Below the pieces are notes generated by a model. It was not told the DNA's origin, made no database searches, and saw nothing but the letters and a program-made list of their open reading frames with translations. Of a stretch of 32,000 bases of DNA, positions 26,891 through 32,000 are shown piece by piece. Origin of the DNA: Telmatocola sphagniphila (lineage in GTDB: Bacteria; Planctomycetota; Planctomycetia; Gemmatales; Gemmataceae); assembly GCF_018398935.1 (NCBI RefSeq), contig NZ_CP074694.1, positions 1,020,001-1,052,000 of the forward strand, in the 5' to 3' direction. Made by a program: the position numbers and the translations under genes. Within the stretch, counting starts at the first letter, position 1. Every line of letters starts with the position of its first letter.

Positions 26891-27578
26891 ATGCTGAAAC
26901 GCAAGCTGAGACTGGATTTGCTTGATAAAAAGGTGTTTTGGGCATGTTATCTATGGAACTTGACAAAAGGGCCAATTTCTACGATAGATGCCGATTCAGT
27001 TGATTCATTATTTGGATGCACATCTGATCAAATCGAAGAATTTTATATCACTGAGCTAACAGACGAACAAGAATGGCCCGTTATTAGAATCCCCTTGCAT
27101 ACCGGAGAGTCACTTGAAATAGAGTACGCAAACTTTCCTGAGGACTATGAAATAAATTACAAGGTCCTCTTGGCAGATGGATTGAAATATTACTGTCGGA
27201 AGAGGAGGCGGACACTGGCAACTGCCAGCATTCCGATGGACTGAATTATTCCGAATCGCTGAAGCCTCAGATAATCCACATATTGCAACTCTTTTGTTAA
27301 TGCCAACAGTGTGGACAGTTTCGAGCGATAATATAAGTGAGATTGGTTCCAAGATTGCTATTGCATTCGAAAACTTGAAGTTGATACCCGTTAAATTAAT
27401 ATATCCGATGGTCGATTTATTAATAAATTCAAGCAAAAGTTCTGCATTGTGGAGTAGCGAAGCTCTTGGATGGATTAATAATTGCGATAACAGCCCGAGA
27501 AATCCCAATAGCAATCGTGCCCTATCCTATGAAGAATTTTCTGCACTCCAGATATTTTTATACAAACTGTCTTCGTAG
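26891..27578 (+). pseudogene. orphan gene split over two frames (frameshift somewhere in 27186-27241)
   Basis: The first frame (ATG 26891) stops at 27242-27244. The second frame is open from 27186 to the stop at 27576-27578. The overlap reads ...GRGGGHWQLPAFRWTELFRIAE... in the second frame. Confidence 0.4.
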
Positions 27579-27637
27579 CCGAATTCCAATTTCCCGCTTC
27601 AAACCAGGATTGCTATTAGTGCTGTCTGTTGTTCTCC

Positions 27638-27838
27638 TCATTCCGCTGTTTTTGTTGTGATACGCAAATAAACACCATCTCTGGTAACTCCTATCTGTCT
27701 CCATGACTCGTAGCCAGATATTGATTTGGGAGGCACTGCTATCTGCCAATGCCAGGAAGGAATAGCCCGCAAAGAGTCCGATATCCCCTTGTAATCTTGT
27801 GTGAGAGAGGGCATAGTGTCCTCATTAAAATAAGACAT
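27638..27838 (-). CDS. small hypothetical protein, 66 aa (intact copy B of the repeated segment)
   Basis: It is the only open frame across the conserved segment; the plus strand has stops in all three frames. Some differences from copy A are synonymous. The RBS is weak. Confidence 0.35.
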   Translation of the reverse strand: MSYFNEDTMPSLTQDYKGISDSLRAIPSWHWQIAVPPKSISGYESWRQIGVTRDGVYLRITTKTAE

Positions 27839-27986
27839 CTGTTGCTACTTCACACTGGACTTCAGATAGCGGCATCCTGCCTTAGATAAAATTGCGACAT
27901 AAAGATGTAATCAACAAGGTGACATTAGCCTATGGTTAATATCCCTTACAAGTGGAAGCCAAAGTTTAGGTAGGATTCGTTAAAAG

Positions 27987-28136
27987 ATGAGGGAAAAATT
28001 TTTAGTTAAACTGATGGAAAGTAGTGATCCTGGAGAACCAACTGAAATGACTCCCTCTCAGATTGCAAAATTCGTTGCAAAAAATACAAAAGACACAAAA
28101 ATCGTCGATAAATTTGTAATTGCAGGAACGAATTAA
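27987..28136 (+). CDS. possible 49-aa ORF upstream of the DUF4279 gene
   Basis: ATG to TAA ORF (MREKFLVKLMESSDPGEPTEMTPSQIAKFVAKNTKDTKIVDKFVIAGTN), 24 nt upstream of the next gene. There is no other support. Confidence 0.2.
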   Translation: MREKFLVKLMESSDPGEPTEMTPSQIAKFVAKNTKDTKIVDKFVIAGTN

Positions 28137-28160
28137 TCCAAATGACACGGAGTAATATCA

Positions 28161-28565
28161 ATGACTAATGAATCTACTGTAGTTATTGCTCTAAAGCTTA
28201 CCGGCTTGGGATTCGTTCCGGAAACTATAAGTGACTTGATCCAGCTTCAACCGACCAAAACGTGGAGGCAAGGAGACGCTGTCGAACGCACCCAACTGAT
28301 TCGTAAACAAGATGCGTGGATTCTCGCATTGCCTCAAATGCGCTCGAATGATTTGGATTCAGCAATATGTCAGCTTTTGGCAGTTATTGGGCCTCGCCAA
28401 GAAGAATTGATTCTTGCAGCTCAAGAATTTGGTTTAAATGTTGAGGTCTCGATGGCTGTTTATATTGATGAGGGTACTCCCTCGTGTTTGCTCGAAGCCG
28501 GAACAATTGATCAACTTGCCTCTCTGGGAGCTAGCCTCGACATTGATTTAATATTGACTGATTGA
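28161..28565 (+). CDS. DUF4279 domain protein
   Basis: The pattern L.G.GF.PE.I...I.L.PT......GD...........W.L.....S.DL......LL..I......L......G..VE....VYI......P...L....I..L...GA.LDIDL matches my recollection of DUF4279. GGAG lies 8 nt upstream of the ATG. Confidence 0.7.
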   Translation: MTNESTVVIALKLTGLGFVPETISDLIQLQPTKTWRQGDAVERTQLIRKQDAWILALPQMRSNDLDSAICQLLAVIGPRQEELILAAQEFGLNVEVSMAVYIDEGTPSCLLEAGTIDQLASLGASLDIDLILTD

Positions 28566-28741
28566 TTGTCGACCAAACAAACTTGAAACCCGATAAAGTT
28601 CGAGAAAAGTGATGGTGTCCCCATAAAGAAGAGGTAGTTGTTACAAATGCACACTGGTTAGTGTTTGGTACTTTCTCGCCGATCATTCAATTTGATAAGG
28701 TGTTTTCAGAAGGGAAATTTGATTTTATAGTCAAATTATTT

Positions 28742-29089
28742 TCAGCTACCATTTACTATGATTTCGATTACTTTAACCAATTCGAGCAGTGATCGAGTTG
28801 ATTTGGTAAATAAGGGGTTTGCCCAATCGTAAAGTGACCTTTCGCTTGCTTGCTTATTATTAGATAACGCGACGAGAGTCGATTTATAAGAACCGTTTGG
28901 ATCAGCGTGAGGATACCAGCCCACATCTAACAAGCATCTCATAGTTGAGTTTTCAAGTTGAAGCAAATCTTCTAAAAAACATAAACTCCAAATGCTGATT
29001 TCTTCGTCATTTATTAGTACTTTTTCGGCTTCATCAGGAGAAACATCAAAAAGATTATGATAAGCTACTCGCCAATCGGCCGGAGGATC
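28742..29089 (-). pseudogene. start-less gene fragment abutting the IS630 insertion site
   Basis: The frame is open for 115 codons up to the IS boundary (…DPPADWRVAYHNLFDVSPDEAEKVLINDEEISIWSLCFLEDLLQLENSTMRCLLDVGWYPHADPNGSY…). The only possible starts are an internal TTG (28966) or a later internal ATG. Confidence 0.4.
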
Positions 29090-29091
29090 TA

Positions 29092-30256
29092 GTGTAGTGT
29101 CTCACACAGAATGTGTTTTATCCAAGGTAGCCCTCGCCCGGCGGACTTTCTCCAGAATAACTTCGGCTTTGGCGGTCCACTGGAATCCCTTTCCTGTGTT
29201 GTTGTGATGATCGATGTAGTCCTCAATCGCCTGGATTAATTGCGGCACGCTTCGAAATGTGCCTCGACGCAGTCGTTTGTCCGTCAAGTCGCGAAACCAA
29301 CGCTCCACCAGATTCATCCAGGAACTGCTCGTGGGGGTGAAATGCATGTGGAATCGAGAATGCCGGGCCAACCAACGACGAACTTTGGAATGCTTATGCG
29401 TGGCGTAGTTGTCCACGATCAAGTGCAAATCCAAGGACGGATCGGTGGCGGCATCGATCCGTTTGAGAAACTTGATCCATTCCTGATGTCGATGTCGCGG
29501 CATGCACTCGCCAATCACAATTCCCTCGGCCACGTTCAGGGCCGCGAACAGAGTGGTGGTGCCATGACGCATGTAATCGTGAGTCAGAGTGCCGCAACGG
29601 CCGGGTACCATCGGCAAGCTTTTTGCGTACGATCAAGGGCTTGAATCTGACTCTTCTCATCGCAACTCAGCACCAGGGCGTGCTCGGGAGGGTTCAAGTA
29701 CAAGCCCACTACGTCCCACAGTTTCTCGGCGAATTGAGGATCATTCGATACCTTGAAGGTCTTATGCAAGTGCGGCTTCAAGTTGTGGGCCGACCAAACC
29801 CGCTGCACGGTGGCTTTGCTCACTCCCACCTCTTGGGCCATCGTTCGCGTGCTCCAATGCGTGGCACCAGAAGGTTTCTCCTGAGTGGTCTTGCGGAGAA
29901 TTTCTTCGACGACTTTCCGGCTGATCGCTGGCGTTCGACCCGGCCGCGAAGCGTCCCGTTCGATACCCGCCAAACGCAGCTTCGCAAATCGGGTCCGCCA
30001 GCGCCACCGTGGGCTTCGACGTGCCGCACTGCTGAGCAATGTCCTTGTTCCGTACACCCGCGGCCGCCGCGAGTATGATCTTCGCCCGCAGGACCAGCCG
30101 AGCGGGAGTACTTCGTCCCCGAGACCAAGAAGTCAAAGTTTGTCGTTCCTCGTCAGAAAGTAAGATTGGCAGCGCGACTTTCATGGGTTTTCTCCTTTTC
30201 TATAGAGTAAACCGCAAAAAGGAGCTAAAAGTAACGCTATTTCTGAGACACTACAC
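29092..30256 (-). mobile_element. IS630-family insertion sequence (1,165 bp) with perfect terminal inverted repeats and TA duplication in a CTAG target
   Basis: GTGTAGTGTCTCA at 29092-29104 is the exact reverse complement of TGAGACACTACAC at 30244-30256. TA flanks both ends (29090-91 and 30257-58), within C-TA...TA-G. Confidence 0.8.
29102..30184 (-). pseudogene. IS630-family DDE transposase spread over three frames (two frameshifts)
   Basis: The HTH part is MKVALPILLSDEERQTL...SKPTVA. This is followed by [17 protein letters not shown]...[18 protein letters not shown], and then [27 protein letters not shown]...DNYATHKH...NLVERWF. Confidence 0.75.
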
Positions 30257-30258
30257 TA

Positions 30259-31236
30259 GTGCTCCCTCACAGTAATATTTTGGGATTGCGCTCGGTTCGC
30301 TGACCGATGATACTGGCAGCTTAGGGAGGGGCTGCCATGCAAAAGAAATACATCGTTCGGTTGTCGGTCGAGGAGCAAGCGACGTTACAGGAGGTGATTC
30401 GTCGGCAGAAGGGTTCGGCGATGAAGGTTCGCCGGGCGCAGATTTTGTTGAAGGCGGATGCGGATGGTCCGAACTGGACGGATGCCCGGATCGTGGAGGC
30501 CTTCGAGTGTCGACGTCAAACGGTGGAGATGCTGCGAGAGCGTTTGGTGACGGAAGGGTTCGAGGTCGCGTTGAACGGAAAGAAGAAACCGCCGAGGCCG
30601 ACGAAACTCGATGGTGAGCAAGAGGCGAAGGTGATCGCCATGCGGTTAGGGCCGCCGCCGGCCGGCTATGCGAACTGGACACTGAAACTGCTGGCCGATC
30701 GGGTGGTCGCGTTGGAGATCGTCGATTCGATCAGTTACGAGACAGTGCGTCGGACACTCAAAAAAACGGCTTCACGGCGAAGTAGGTCGAGTACTGGGTG
30801 ATTCCACCGAAGGCGGACGCGGAATTCGTGGCGGGCATGGAGGATGTGTTGGATGTGTACGCGGAACCCTTTGATTCGCAGATTCCGGTGGTGTGCATGG
30901 ATGAGCAGCCGGTGCCGAGACCCGTAAGCCGATCCCGGCGGACGCGGACGCATCCGAAGCGGATCGATTACTAATACGAGCGGGCCAAAACGGCGAGTCT
31001 GTTCGTGTTCCGCGAACCGAAGTCGGGTTGGCGTCGGGTGACGGCCCGGCCACGACGGACGAAGGCCGACTGGGCGAACGAGTTGGCCGACTTGATGCGG
31101 ACGCGGAATGCGAAACCGCAGCGTGGTCCCAGGCCATCCATGCGAAACAACGCGGTGTAAACTGGCAGTTCCGCACTGATGACGCCCGGAATAAACTAAA
31201 ATCGCTCTATCCCAAATTAGATGAGTGATGGAAAGC
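30259..31236 (+). mobile_element. decayed IS630-family element (978 bp) directly abutting the first IS
   Basis: It is flanked by TA (30257-58, shared with the first IS) and TA (31237-38), both in a CTAG context. The imperfect inverted repeats match 19/29 (30264-30292 vs the reverse complement of 31203-31231). Confidence 0.6.
30337..31228 (+). pseudogene. IS630-family transposase remnant (frameshift, two in-frame stops, internal deletion)
   Basis: The HTH N-terminus is intact (MQKKYIVRLSVEEQATLQEVIRRQKG...). The frame is lost at the A7 run 30760-30766. There is a TAG at 30783-85 and a TAA at 30972-74. The DDE core is missing. The C-terminal VNWQFRTDDARNKLKSLYPKL is retained. Confidence 0.65.
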
Positions 31237-31403
31237 TAGGGTGCGGACGCTTCGGAGAAGATTTTGTTCAGATTAGCCGTGCCCGCTAATCCTGGAGTGC
31301 AATTGCTCACTTTTTAAGATCAAATTCACATCTCTGGTGGCACGAAGTATATTCGGCCCCCATTGAGCAGATCACCGCTCGGCAGCCTAAGATAAAGGAC
31401 TTC

Positions 31404-31437
31404 AGACTCCTCATAATGGAAAACTTTATGAGAGTCT
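31404..31437. other. strong hairpin (12 bp with one bulge, 9-nt loop)
   Basis: AGACTCCTCATAA - TGGAAAACT - TTATGAGAGTCT, in the 400-bp gap between the IS relic and the next gene. Confidence 0.3.
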
Positions 31438-31634
31438 TCATTGCGCGCCCGCACTCGATTCCCTTTTGCGACTACTCTACTAACTCCGAAATTGCAGAGT
31501 TTTTACAAGCCAGAACAGGAATGCGAATTCTTCCGGATTCCACTCGCCGGTCCGTGCTCTAAAGTCGACGTGCGAATTTGAGAGCATTTTGGCTCGATTT
31601 ACCGTTTATAGTTGAAAGGTATTGGCTAATCTCC

Positions 31635-32000
31635 ATGCGAAAAACACCTCGAAGCCTCTTCCATTTCGCCCCCAAACTCGAGCCTCTGGAATCGCGCACC
31701 GTTCTCAGCGGCAACGTTACCGCACTGGTGCTCGGCAATAGCCTGGACGTTCTCGGCGATTCCGGCAACAACTTCATTAGCATTCAGGGCACGGCTCCGA
31801 ATACCGTTTCCATCAATTCGACGGATGGCTCGACCACCATCAATGGCCAGTCGGGCCCGGTCACGTTGAGCGGAATTAAAGCGGGTGTTTTCATTATCCT
31901 GGGAAACGGGGACAATAATCTCGAAATCAGCGGGGTCGATACCAGTACGGAGTTCTGGATTTCAACGGGAACCGGGAACAATACGATCGGGCTGGCCAAT
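31635..32000 (+). CDS. large secreted protein, N-terminal part (continues past the window end)
   Basis: It is absent from the ORF track because no stop is reached. ATG at 31635, then MRKTPRSLFHFAPKLEPLESRTVLSGNV... followed by Gly/Asn/Thr-rich beta-repeat-like sequence. The frame is open for 122 codons to nt 32000. Confidence 0.6.
   Translation, partial: MRKTPRSLFHFAPKLEPLESRTVLSGNVTALVLGNSLDVLGDSGNNFISIQGTAPNTVSINSTDGSTTINGQSGPVTLSGIKAGVFIILGNGDNNLEISGVDTSTEFWISTGTGNNTIGLAN

Noticed and set aside
27110-27514. 134-aa minus-strand ORF
   Set aside because: It is antisense to the two-frame orphan gene. Its sequence is Leu/Ile-rich without features. The plus-strand reading looks more protein-like, although neither reading is certain.
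26655-27840. Integron attC sites or a CRISPR-like array as an explanation for the repeated segments
   Set aside because: There are only two (plus one partial) diverged copies ~1 kb apart. I found no RYYYAAC / GTTRRRY core sites at the ends and no integrase. The segment is better explained by a minus-strand ORF.
30251-30682. 143-aa minus-strand ORF (Pro/Ser/Ala-rich)
   Set aside because: It is antisense to the recognisable HTH part of the IS630 relic transposase. It is a low-complexity shadow ORF.
31559-31999. Two minus-strand ORFs of 74 and 71 aa
   Set aside because: They are antisense to the open frame starting at 31635, which has a typical planctomycete secreted-protein N-terminus.

Overview
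This 32-kb window reads like a Planctomycetota chromosome segment. That assignment is an inference from hallmark families: a Tat-signal DUF1501 protein, a prepilin-type DUF1559 protein with its small partner protein, a PVC-type CxxCH haem domain, and an N-terminal LEPLESR motif. One hand-counted core line is 35/60 GC.

Positions 1-26.6 kb are tightly packed core genes. In order they are: a metallophosphoesterase (5' end cut by the window), DUF1501, and a 1,319-aa multidomain redox protein (TIM-barrel isomerase, haem c, propeller, azurin-type Cu site). Next come a DRG/Obg-like TGS GTPase, purine nucleoside phosphorylase, a short MnmE-like GTPase overlapping coaX, and the HrpB helicase. These are followed by an ECF sigma / anti-sigma / secreted-protein operon facing a Trp-rich WxxGxW-repeat protein, then CIA30, Kelch and PilZ genes. 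A 718-bp very AT-rich intergenic region precedes a DUF1559 / small-protein / 2x DUF5009(HGSNAT)-like operon and a ComM/MoxR-like AAA+ ATPase.

Positions 26.6-31.2 kb are a low-GC accessory patch and the most unusual part of the window. It holds two diverged copies of a ~200-bp segment that carries a 66-codon minus-strand ORF (one copy intact, one decayed). It also holds a frameshifted orphan gene, a DUF4279 gene and a start-less gene fragment. Two back-to-back IS630-family elements sit in CTAG/TA targets; one has perfect inverted repeats and the other is a decayed relic.

A large secreted-protein gene starts at 31635 and runs off the window. I found no rRNA, tRNA or CRISPR array. I could not match any named defence or toxin system. 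All family names come from motif recognition by eye; no searches were run.
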